Part shown: piece by piece, positions 1-10,494 of the stretch
How the letters are laid out: each line of letters begins with the position of its first letter
Position numbering within the stretch: the stretch's first letter is position 1
Assembly: GCF_038025025.1 (NCBI RefSeq)
Contig: NW_027117345.1
Span: 496,001-560,000 of the forward strand
Source: Phyllosticta citribraziliensis
Lineage: Eukaryota
Direction: 5' to 3'
Length of the DNA stretch: 64,000 nucleotides
Program-made: the position numbers and the translations under genes
The notes under the pieces: model-generated
Told to the model about the DNA's origin: nothing
What the model saw: the letters and a program-made list of their open reading frames with translations, nothing else
Database searches by the model: none

Positions 1-535
1 CCAGGTGCGGGCATATGGGGGCGTCGAGGCGATTCTGAATTGCTGTCAGTACGACGAAGGGAACCCTTACATCAAGGAGCACGCAATCATGTGCCTGAGG
101 TTCTTGCTCGAGGGCAACAAGGAGAATCAGGACGTGATTCGCGATCTGGAGCCTCAGGGAGTGGTTCCAAACGAAGTGCTGGACCATCACGGATACGAAA
201 CATTCTGGGACCAGCACGGCCAGGTCAGTCTGCGTCGCAAAGAAGTGGGTGCTCTGGCGAGCGCCAAGGCGGCGGCAGCAGCAGTTCAGGCGGCAGCGGA
301 CGCTGTGCGGATCGGATCAGAGTTCAGCAGCAGTGGCAGTGGCAGCAACAGTGCAAAGGACGGAGGGACAGAGGGTGAGAGGAAGAGGCCGCCTCAGATT
401 GGATCGGGACAGGCGAATCTGGATCTGCTGATGCAGCAGGTGATGAGGGACCTGCCGGCGACGGTGCAGGGAGCAAGACGAGATGCGGAGAAGGCGGCGG
501 CACTGGCGAAGCTCGACAAGACATTCAAGAAGTGA
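1..535 (+). CDS. 3' part of ataxin-10 / Ctr86-like armadillo protein (runs off window start)
   Basis: GGVEAILNCCQYDEGNPYIKEHAIMCLRFLLEGNKENQDVI matches the ataxin-10 C-terminal motif (D..NP.I.E.A....R.L...N..NQ); stop TGA 533-535; window begins at a probable CAG acceptor. Confidence 0.8.
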   Translation, partial: QVRAYGGVEAILNCCQYDEGNPYIKEHAIMCLRFLLEGNKENQDVIRDLEPQGVVPNEVLDHHGYETFWDQHGQVSLRRKEVGALASAKAAAAAVQAAADAVRIGSEFSSSGSGSNSAKDGGTEGERKRPPQIGSGQANLDLLMQQVMRDLPATVQGARRDAEKAAALAKLDKTFKK

Positions 536-1900
536 GGTGAGAGTTGTGGTGGGTGTGGTGGGTGCATTTCTCTGGCGTCATTGGGGAATGCTGTGATTGG
601 GCTGAAACGGGAAAAAGAGCACATGGTGCCGGCGTCCTGGAGTCTGGTTTGACAAGCTGCTGAGATGGGGTGAGGATGGCATGGAGTTGACGCTGTGTCT
701 GCGGGCTGCGTCGAGGAAGTCTGGGTATAACATGGAGGCCTCGCTGTCGCATTTCTAGAGTGTTTTGGCACTTTCAAGTCTCATTGCTGCATTCTCACTC
801 CGATGTCTTCATCTGCCATGTCGAGAGACGTGTTCTCGTCGTTTGTACCCCTGTTCCAGCCATGGAATCCAGCTTTTGGACCGCTCAACCCCGGCCGCCA
901 TACATTTTGATTGCCAAAGTCAAGAGTTTGGATATGTTCCCAAAGCGCCCAATCACAGCGACGTCTGGATGAAGCTCGACTGGAGAGGAGGATCCAGCTG
1001 AGTCAGCATCGTGAGGATGACACCTCAGGAAGAAAGGGATCGGCATCTTCGGCGGGTGCCGGCTGCCGACTGCCGAAGGCCGCACGGGCCGCAGCAACTC
1101 ACACCACCGTCTCGCGACTCACGCGAGCGTTGGCTGTTCCGTCACGCCAGCGCTGCACCACCTCGCTCCCTTCCAATCACATTCGGCCCAATTCAACGCC
1201 CAACGTCAATCCTCGCTCTCGGCAGGGCTGACCGACATGGATGGAATCACGACACCTGCACTCCTGCACTCCTGCTTTCCCCGGATTAGCTCCAACGGCC
1301 AAGCCAATTCTGCACAACCCTCGCCCCTTGCGGCTCTCTGATTGCTTGCGGCTCTCAACGGCCAGCCCGCCGACGCTGCCGCGACTCAGCCCGCTCGGCA
1401 TTGGAGCGAAATGCTGAGCAGGATCTGATGCCCGGTACGGGTGCAAACGGGACTGCCTCTTTGATCATGATGCCACGAGTATTGACTGGCCCCCGTCTCA
1501 GCTGATGCAAAACCTGGTTCCGGTTGCCGCGGTGGCCGACCGTTGACCGTTGGCCGTTGGAAGGGCCATGCCGATGATGGATGAGCCATGACCAAAGCCT
1601 ACGCCTTCTGTGTATATATTGTTCGTGCTGGCGCGAGGTAGGTGGTTTTTTTCCTTCATCATCACAATCAACACAACAGTCTGTGGATAATTCGACTTCT
1701 CTTCGCCTTGTCTATATCGACCTCAAAACATCACTCTACAATTCGCTGTCCATAAATCGACACCCTCCTCAATCGCAATCAACCACCAAGAAACTCTCCA
1801 AACAAATCATATATCGAAGCCAAGTTTCAAATCGCTTCGCCTCTTCCGATAAACCAACAAATCAACCACCCACCAAAAAACCACCACTCCAAAACCAGAA

Positions 1901-2134
1901 ATGGCATTCCGTCCCTCGCCCATCCGCGCATTTCTCCGCTCCGCGCGCAACCTGCTCCCCAAGGAAGCCCACCCCGTCGGCCGCTACCCATCCGCGGGCC
2001 CCTCTCACCCCGTCTCCTGGGGCTTCTACCGCACCAAGCTCGTCCGCACCGCCGCTTGGTACGTCCCCGTTGCCGCCGGCATCCTGGGCTGGCCTGTTCC
2101 CACCTCGTACGTCCTGACCAAGGTCGGCATCTAA
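1901..2134 (+). CDS. Small 77-aa single-pass membrane protein, probably mitochondrial
   Basis: ATG in good context (gaaATGG) after an A/C-rich leader; strong C-ending codon bias; Arg-rich, acid-free N-terminus; C-terminal hydrophobic segment WYVPVAAGILGWP. Confidence 0.7.
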   Translation: MAFRPSPIRAFLRSARNLLPKEAHPVGRYPSAGPSHPVSWGFYRTKLVRTAAWYVPVAAGILGWPVPTSYVLTKVGI

Positions 2135-3083
2135 GCTGCGATGCTTTGCCACCTCGGACGGCCGCTGGGCTTGATGGGGAGACGACCATTTTCGATTTCA
2201 GGGACTGGAGATGGAGTTGAGAGATGAGAGATGAGAGGTGTATTACTGGAGGCTTCTGTCTTCGCTTTCTTTTGATCTGCTTTTGGTTTTCGGGGGTTTG
2301 TCTGTCTTCTGGCGTTGGAGGTTGAGATTCGCGGGCTTTCCCGCTGTATATATTTGTCCAGACTTGACTAGACCAGAGGGAGAGGGAGAGACAGATGTTG
2401 AATTGATACCCGAGTTTACCACGTTACTTTTCAGTCCGACTAGTGCTTCCTCCACAATGGTTGCAGAGAGAAATGATCTTTCCTCGGCCTGGCAGCACTG
2501 AATGTGTCTCTTCCCTGCATACTGCGCTTGTGCAGTGCTATGTGACACAACAAGGTGGGATTTGAGTTGGTAGTGAACTCGTTTGTTACTTGTTGCTTTC
2601 CCTTGGGATGTCTATCGAATCTCCTTTCTTTTCTAGTAGTCACAAGGATTGATCAAAAACTTGTTAATGTAGTTTGGGTTTCTTGTATTCATTTGGGTGA
2701 CAGGTGGTGTGTGGTTTTGACACATGCTTAGCTCAGACTTCAACTTCAGTCGCAATTTTGAGTGGCTTTGAATTTTTCGGTCACTGTCCTCAGCCTCCAA
2801 ATCCGCACCATGACGTCCGCATGATGCAGAGCCCTGTAGATTTGTATTGATTGTGATTCAGGACATAGACTTTCTTAAAGTTGCCCATCTAACTCTTCCT
2901 CGAGTTCCTCATCGCCCCTGATGTGTGAAATCGACAATTATCTGTCCCTATAATGATCAAGAGCACCCACAACACTGCTAGACTACTCGAGAATGTCTCT
3001 AGACTGATGCAGAGATGTGGAAAGTCTTAAAAATATGGTATATAATTTTAATATTTTGCAATCCTGTCATCAATCAGCAGTTA

Positions 3084-3181
3084 TCCGTTATGGTCTAGTG
3101 GCTAGGATTTGTCGCTCTCAAGAAGAGATACCATCTCATGTAAGTGCCGACAAGGCCGGGGTTCAATTCCCCGTGACGGAA
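3084..3181 (+). tRNA. tRNA-Glu (anticodon CTC) with 26-nt intron at 3121-3146
   Basis: Acceptor stem TCCGTTA/TGACGGA; A-box TGGTCTAGTGG; anticodon stem TGTCG/CGACA with CTC at 3117-3119; intron after position 37; T-arm CGGG-GTTCAATTC-CCCG; T5 Pol III terminator at 3188-3192. Confidence 0.93.
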
Positions 3182-3454
3182 AAGATCTTTTTGCATCATT
3201 TTACAATGATGGTGGGGCGTGTGGTTGATGTGGTGGGTCGAAAGGCTTTTTTGGCTTCGCGGAGCGCACTGACGGCTTTGTCAGTGGTAGTAGCGCGGGA
3301 GAGATTAGCGCCTACGTCATCATGTAGAGGCAAGAGCAAGGAATGCGTCTTTACAAAGCCCTTCTCTCAAGACTTTCTGGTGCGACGGAAAGATGTTTGC
3401 TCGGGGGAACAATTCAAGATGTTGATTATTTGGGATACTTCTTTTGTCGCCGCT

Positions 3455-3560
3455 ACCGACTTCCTGGCTCTGGCTGCAGCGATGAACGACTGCCCCCGAG
3501 GCGGCAGTACGAGTGAATGAACCTTCTTAAGCGTAACTGTAGCAGCGAATGATGCTCCTC
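3455..3560 (-). repeat. Dispersed 33-nt-period repeat, copy A (inverted relative to B-E)
   Basis: Reverse complement aligns end to end with 7370-7479 with a few 1-nt gaps (e.g. GCAGTCGTTCATCGCTGCAGCCAGAGCCAGGAAGTCGGT vs GCAGTCATTCATTGCTCCAGCTGGACCCAGGAGGTCAGT). Confidence 0.8.
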
Positions 3561-4460
3561 AAGCTCACTCGCATGGCCAGAAGGTCTTATCCCGTTCGAC
3601 ACCCACTTCAGCCCTAAGCAACCAACCTGTAGTTATTCCGCCAGCGGACGAGGCTGATTGCTAAAAGTCGTCATACATAAATACGGTCTTCCGCGAGATG
3701 TACTCACGACTCCTTTTCTTTCATGAACGCGGAATGATCTGGAGCATTCTAGCTTCAATCAAGCAGAATACCTCTGCCCGTCGCCCGTCACAGCGCGCGA
3801 TACCCCCAATCTTCTACGCTGGTTATCTTCGCTTGCGCCACGACTTTTGGACCCGAGCTTCAGACTCAACCGAACGCATTCAGTCGTTTCACAACACATT
3901 GTTACGACCTCTCCCCATCGAGAAGAAATAGAAGTCGTAATCTTGGTCCGTTTGTGTATTGAACGCTGCCAGAACAATCTTGGGGCCATGCCGTACGGAT
4001 TTAGAACAAGGAGTTGATCGACCAATCAAAACGCTCCACTCCCCGAACCCTGCTTTTCTGGCCCTCATCCCGACCTCAACTCTACGCTTTGCCTCCCCCA
4101 CTCGACTACAGCTTACAGCACCGCCGCCCATGATGATCGCTGGATCGCCCCAAGTCGAGTCTGTCGCTTGGACACGTGCATGCGGGGGGCTTGGACGACA
4201 AGTCAGCCCAAAAATAGGGCCAGCGGGCTGACCTGACGAATACTGGCTGACATGCCGTAACCCAGACCGACGCGACCAATGCGCGCGCCGCAGGTTCAGC
4301 CACAAGTCCCTTTGGATCCACGGATGCACTTGGCGGGAACATGAGGATTCGGGAGAGCAGATGCCTATATCACCTCTGACCCCGCTGGCCATGGTGGCAG
4401 TCGCTTGTCGAATCCCCTTTTCTGCGCTTTTGCGCCGCTGTCCGCATCACAACGAGCATC

Positions 4461-5707
4461 ATGTCGAAGAGAACCGTCTTCACAACCATCACGCCGCTGC
4501 CGGCGGGCGTCTCGAAGGAGACCGTCTTGGAGTTTCTACACGATCATCTGTCCATGATAGACTTGAATCCCTTGGTCGTGGAGCGCCATGTCATCCGGCC
4601 GCCGCGAAGCGCGACTGCTGAAGAGTTTCACTGCATATGGTATTCTTTGACAGGTATTTTGTCCACCGACGAACGCTTCCACTGCGCGACCTAACATTTG
4701 CAGATCGGGTGAGCTACATTCCCGGCGTATCTGGAGAAGTCTCGTACAACGCTTGCTTCCACGACCTCTTTGACGGCGTGCAAACACACGTTTATGCGCC
4801 GCTGGGCCTCGACATCAAGGAGAAATGGAGCATCGGCGGAAGCCTGCCTGGCGAGCCCAAAGCACCCATCGAACTCGGTCTCAACATCCCCAGCCAAGGC
4901 CTTTACCTCCGCGAGGACTGCGACATGCACTGCAACATTGTGATGAACAAGTTTGTCAAAGGCACGCTGAAAAAGGCGCACAGCGTGCTGGTGGACCGGC
5001 TGGTGGCCAAGGCCGGCATCGAGGATTCCAAGAGGCAAAGTCGCAGGGTGTCGGCCATGAGTTCCGCGCAAGGCTCCGTCTACGCCGACATGGCAAGCTC
5101 CGTGTATCGCCCTCCAAGCTTTCCTTCCAGCGAAGCGGCTAGCGTCAGCAGTGGCGCACACTCGCTCCTCTCATCACGCCCAAGCTCGTCCCAATCCGAA
5201 CAGCAACCGCCGCCGCAACCACCACGGGATGTCGCCAACGCCACGCCTCGCATTGTCGCCGAGCTCGACTCGACCGAGCTGGCTGCATCCAACGAGCCCG
5301 AAGGAACCATGGAGCTCGACTCCACGACCATAGAAGACCTGGTGCAGCAGAAACTCGCCGAGGACATCGCCGCCTTCTTCAACAGCGGGGGAGTTTCCGG
5401 CGTCGCTCCCCCTCCTCCCCCTCTTCCTCCGTCTGACAACCCGTTGCCGCCGTATCGTCCCGACAAGTACCAATCGTTCGCTGCTGCCACCGCACCGCTC
5501 AAGCCGAGCTACCTCGCGTACAGGCCGCCTCCCGTCAAGTCCAACAGCTACACGGCCTACTCGCCAGGACCAAAGTCGCTGACTCCCGAGGCTGCGCAGA
5601 CCAAGCCGGCGCGCCCCCGTTCGCATTCCAACTTGTCCGCTGCCGACCTGCACTTGCCAGAACATGGGCCAGTCGGGCCAGTCGGGCCAGTGGAGCTGGA
5701 GGGTTAA
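4461..5707 (+). CDS. Conserved fungal hypothetical protein (DUF7053-like N-terminal domain plus Pro/Ser-rich tail); intron 4654-4703
   Basis: MSKRTVFTTITPLPAGVSKETVLEFLHDH..MIDLNPLV joined by a GT..CTAAC..CAG intron to ORF 4637-5707 (YLREDCDMHCNIVM); family name recalled, not searched. Confidence 0.8.
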
Positions 5708-6131
5708 GCGGCTTGTCGGTGAAGTCGGAAAAGAGAAGAAAGAAATCAAAATGGTGTCCTAATTTGTGCTTTGAGAGGACCGCAAACGGGAAAGATTCAA
5801 AGATGGACAAGGAGATGTCGTGGGACGCGCTCTCCTTGGCCGTCACCGGCTCCTGAAGCTCCCGTATGTATATTAAGATGTCGAGAACGATGCATGAAAA
5901 CGGCGCTTGGAGCTTTGAGGTGTTTGTGGATACCCTGTGTGTTTACCATTAGCCACACTAGACATTTCAACGATTGCATGATTAAAACACGTTTGGAAGA
6001 TGTATTTTTCTCTCCTTTACGAGATCTGAACCTGTACCTTATTACCTCCAAAACCCCGTGATGCACACCTGAAAAAAGGGAAACCCCCATTGACGCCTTT
6101 CCCTTCTCGCACTCCGTCTCCTCTCATCAAA

Positions 6132-6395
6132 TCAATTACTCGCGACCTTCGTGCTCATCGAGACCTGCTCGCTCACACTGCCGCTATCCCTCCTCTCACT
6201 GCTCAGCTTCCTCTCCCTCCTTCGCTCCTGCTCCTCCTCTTCGTTCTGCTGCTGCTCGTAATAAGCGAGCTCGGCGCCGCGTCGCGGGCCCGAGGCGAAG
6301 TTGTAGTCGTCGTCGAGGTCGTCGCGGGCCGCCATGAGGATGCGCCAGTCGGCCCAGGTGGATTTGAGGGAGGCGAGGAAGGTGTTGAGAGTCAT
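6132..6395 (-). CDS. Small 87-aa hydrophilic hypothetical protein
   Basis: aaaATG context, A/C-rich leader, TTATAA at 6801-6806; MTLNTFLASLKSTWADW...RRDSGS; no recognised domain. Confidence 0.55.
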   Translation of the reverse strand: MTLNTFLASLKSTWADWRILMAARDDLDDDYNFASGPRRGAELAYYEQQQNEEEEQERRRERKLSSERRDSGSVSEQVSMSTKVASN

Positions 6396-7369
6396 TTTTG
6401 ATCTCTTGTTTTTATTTTTGTTCAAAAGTCTTCTGTTTTATCACCAGCGGTGATTTTTTTCTTCTTCTATGATCTGCTCTTTTGCTGGGACTTTTGTTTG
6501 TTTTGAGAGTTGCAGATGTGGAGTGGATGAGACGAGGTGTTGTGGTTTATTTGATTGTGGTTTGATTCGTTGGCCCAGATGCTTGCTCGTCCACTGGATG
6601 GCTGGCCTGAAGCAGAGAGCAGACGAGTGAATGGTGTGAGATGAGGTGACCGATTTCGGAATCGAGAAAAGGTAGGTCGGTTTGCTTTGCTTGGTCCGCA
6701 GACAGCGAATTAAAGAGTTCAACGATTCGATTTCCAGAGCACAACAGCAGTAGTAGGGAGCAGAAAAAGACGCGAAGCTTCGCCGGGACACTATCTTCCC
6801 TTATAACTGCCCAATCTCTTGGCCATGCAACGAATGGGTGGTGGCACATCCAAAAGGCCTCGCACGCGCCGCGACATTTCCGAGCCTGATCCGAGCGCGG
6901 ACCAGCCTGTTTTCGCTCGGGGGCGGCCGGGTTGCGCTGTCATTGGCTGGCTGGCTGGGGCCAAGGAGGTGCGACGATGATGATTTGGTGCCCGAGGCGA
7001 GATGCAGGTTGTGAGGAGGAGAAAAAATTCGAGAAAAATTGCCGCTGCCAAGGGTTGTATAGTGGGGGTGCGAGTTGTGAGTTGGCGAGTTTGGATCTTG
7101 GGGGAAGGAGATGGCGCGGCGTCTTTTCTTCTTCCTCAATGTATTTGCGGATGGATCATGATTGAATTGGGTTGTGCTTAAGAGTAGCTTGGTAGAGTTG
7201 CGGCTCTTTGTCGAGCCTTGTCAGGGTTGTCTTTCGGAGGCCGACAGCTTGTGCCAAAGGTGGGAGCGGCAGTAGTATGTCGTGCATTGGTTTGGAAAAG
7301 ATTAAAGCCCTCTGATTGGTAGAATATTTCGTGCAATCCAATCCATGATTCAGGCTCTTGATTGCATCT

Positions 7370-7479
7370 AGGGAGCACTCCTTTGCTGCAACAGTTGCGG
7401 CTAAGGAGCATTCATTCACTGCTGCTGCTGCGCCGAGGGAGCAGTCATTCATTGCTCCAGCTGGACCCAGGAGGTCAGT
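7370..7479 (+). repeat. Dispersed 33-nt-period repeat, copy B (three tandem units 7370-7402, 7403-7435, 7436-7468)
   Basis: AGGGAGCACTCCTTTGCTGCAACAGTTGCGGCT / AAGGAGCATTCATTCACTGCTGCTGCTGCGCCG / AGGGAGCAGTCATTCATTGCTCCAGCTGGACCC. Confidence 0.85.
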
Positions 7480-7559
7480 CTCAATCCTTTCGACACCCAC
7501 TGTGATTCCAACGCTTCTGTCAACACTGCTTGGACCGCTGCCACATAGTCTAGTTTGCC

Positions 7560-9732
7560 TCACTCTGATTCGTCATCCACTGGGTCTACTTTGCCATATG
7601 CCTTCTTCGAATCAAGCACCTCGTACTCTTCCAGTCGATCCTCATCCCTGTCGCTGATCATGACTGCCCTCATCTCATCCCCTTCGCTGTCTCTGGTCTG
7701 TCTTATGAAAAACCTCGCATCCTTTTTCGACTCAGGGATGAATCCAGCGCCCTGATCAGGCTTGACGACAGCCATCGGGCCTGCCGCATTGGCTGCAAAA
7801 AGCATTCCGCCCAAACTCAGCCACAGCCCTTTGGCATGCCTGTGCCACAGGATCAAAAAGATGTCGTAGAGTTGGACAACTATATTGACCCCAATGACGA
7901 TTGCAATGACCCATTGCCACTGTAAACGCGGCCCTGATGCCAATATCTGCCAGCGGACAGGCCCCTGTCGCGTCGTCATCCCTGGCACCTCCTCAAACGT
8001 CCAGTCAAAGGTTGTGAGCATGTTGGCAAAAATGAAGGTGACGACCATTGCGAAGCCGTCCATGGTCGTGTGGCCGTAATCGAGTTCGACAACCGCATTC
8101 GATAGCCGCATGGCGATGGAGGTAAAGTTGGCACTTAGCGGATCTGGGAAGAGGCTTTGCAGGCTCGGTGCGACGGCGTTGAACCAGTCTGCAAGATCGT
8201 TGGCGATGGCGAAATTTGCAGCAGTCGATGGCACGTCTTCGACCTGGGAGAATTGTGTCGAGCCGTAGCCATTTGGGCTGTAGTCGGGGCCTGACGCGTC
8301 AAAGTCATTCTCGAAAATCCACTGCTGAATCACTGCCGCTCTGTTAGTTGGAGAAATGAGTGCTGGAAATGTACGAACCGAAGAGAACCTGCTTAATTGA
8401 AAGTGAGCAGCTGGCTCCAGGAAAATCGTTGTTGAGTGAGTCGGAGGGGCCAATTTCTAGTATAATGGTGCCATTGTCTCTTGACGATGCGCTCCATGCA
8501 CCTGCTAAGTTCCCAGACGCTTCGGAGCACGCCGTGTCCAGGAAAATGCCCGTCAGCTTGAATACAGCATCCCAACCCATCGCTCTCCGAGCCCACGCGT
8601 TGGGACTGTTCGCTGTCAGCTCATGTTTCATCTCGCCGATTGTTTGTCCGCTCAAGGCAATTCCTTGGAACGAAGATGAAGATGTGCTCGTCACGTTGAA
8701 AATGCTATGAATCATGGCCGGCCCGGCGTGGACAAATTGCCATCCTGGAGATGCTTCAGCAGTATCAAGTAACCGCGAAAGATCGTCAAAGATGGACTTT
8801 GCTGCCATGACATGAGCCTAACACGATTCAGACTAATTAGCCATGACCAACGAATGACCGAGGAGCGTTACTGTCTTACCATGTCCCGGGACACATCGCT
8901 ATATTCACGCAGCATGCTAGAAGACTGCGACCGAATTGAATTTCTGCGGACATAGGCAACACGCGTCGTCTTGTTTGTAAAGAATAAGCGGTCGTCATCG
9001 GCAGGGTTCTCAAAACGGCTGTCCGGGAACCATTTCTTCTTTGGCATGGCCACTGTATTCATGGCAGCGCCTTGAAGCAACAGACAGGAACCTATGATAA
9101 AGGTCAGGCCGAAACGCAACCCGTCTCTCCACTTCCAGCCATTGCTCTTGCTTCGCGAATAGCAGTTGACCACGGCGGACCACGGCTTGCTGAGCTCTTC
9201 GCCCAACTCAAAGTCCAAGGTGCTTGCACCGCCGTGATCTCTCAACACCATCCACCTCGTTATCGTTGTCGTTGCAATGTGAGCCAGCGAATCGCGAACC
9301 ATGTGCGCCAAAAGCGTGTTCAGCAGACCTAGGGCGGCGAACTGCTCCTGTGTAAGCGTGTATTCGAAGCTTTAATTGATGACGCTGAGACAGAGACCGC
9401 TGTCCATGAATATTAGTCATGAAGGCGTTCAAGGATGACTGAACTTAAGAGCGTTACCCAACGAGACTTGAGATGGTGAGTAGCCGCTTTGTGAGAAACC
9501 ATGCGGATGCGGCTTTGCTCTCCTTGATTTCATATGGATTGTCGCTCACAGCATGCTTCGTACATTCCCAGCTTTTCCGCAGAGGGGCCAGCCACTGGGG
9601 TATTTTGATGCTGGACTGAGCATCGGACTCAGGTAGCAGCCTAGCATCGTTTGAAGTCTCCGCATCTAAATTCAACTGATGGTAACCATCTTCCCTGGCG
9701 CAGATGACGTCACGAAGTTCATCCATTTCCAT
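7560..9732 (-). CDS. Multi-exon integral membrane hypothetical protein (N-terminal TMs, luminal domain, C-terminal TM); possibly disabled by an in-frame TAA at 9372-9374
   Basis: ORFs 9454-9732, 8868-9311, 8344-8808 and 7560-8453 join through introns 9400(or 9370)-9457, 8818-8879 and 8333-8378; hydrophobic segments FGLTFIIGSCLLLQGAAMNT and WVIAIVIGVNIVVQLY. Confidence 0.65.
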
Positions 9733-10494
9733 CTCTTTGAATGCTGCGCGGTCCAGATTCGAGGTTTTTGTACTTGGTGGTGTTTTGCTGCAGGAGAATC
9801 ATGACCGATTGGAGATATTCACACCACAAGGCTGCCAGCCAGCCTCGCGGTCTCGTACTACCAGATGGAGGAGATCTAAGCATGGAGGCATCGTTGGTAA
9901 TCTTGGGAAATGGGAGTTGTTTTTGGGGGCGATGTTTCAACGCTACGGCCGGCTTGCAGCTAGGCGACCGGGGTCTGCGAATTAGGTTGGAGCAGCCGCA
10001 TCTCTTTTTCAACCTCATGCCTCGATCTTCATTAAGTCAGGTCTCTTTTGCGCTCAGCTGAGGATCAAAACAGCGCCGTTGAGCGCGAAACACTGGATTT
10101 CTGACGACTCCTCGAGGGTCTTTGAACGACTGCGCCTGACCAGAAGCCCGGACCCGAAAGACAGCCAAAGAGTCGGGCAAGATGCTGTCCAGGAAAACTT
10201 CCGAACACCAAGCCGTGAACATGGACGACAGCAACGATGTTGAGACACATGAAGCATGGGTTGGGCAGGAGTGGACCTCGGGAGCCGAAGGAGAATGGGG
10301 TTGGCGTTTTCTTCGGAGCCTTGCCGAGAGCGGAAATGTCGTCAGCGGAGAACTCGGCGGCATCCGCAGGCATTAATTGCAAACGACGCTACCGTCGCAT
10401 GATTCACAGACTATGAATCGTCGTCACCACTACTTCGACTTCTCCTCCAACCCTCCCGAAAGATGCGCAGTCGATAGCTGACCCCGCCGCCGCA

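Noticed and set aside
2472..2515. Possible further degenerate copy of the 33-nt repeat (minus strand CATTCAGTGCTGC...CCGAGG); similar short matches at 12501-12512, 21760-21771, 39531-39540 and about 62460
   Set aside because: Matches are only 10-13 nt or need several gaps; cannot be separated from chance without a profile search
2815..2925. C/D box snoRNA (ATGATG...CTGA)
   Set aside because: C box imperfect, no terminal stem or recognisable rRNA guide
3017..3520. 167-aa ORF
   Set aside because: Non-ATG start, runs through the tRNA gene and repeat copy A; no protein-like features
7370..7479. CRISPR-like array
   Set aside because: Units are contiguous and degenerate with no unique spacers; eukaryotic context and no cas genes
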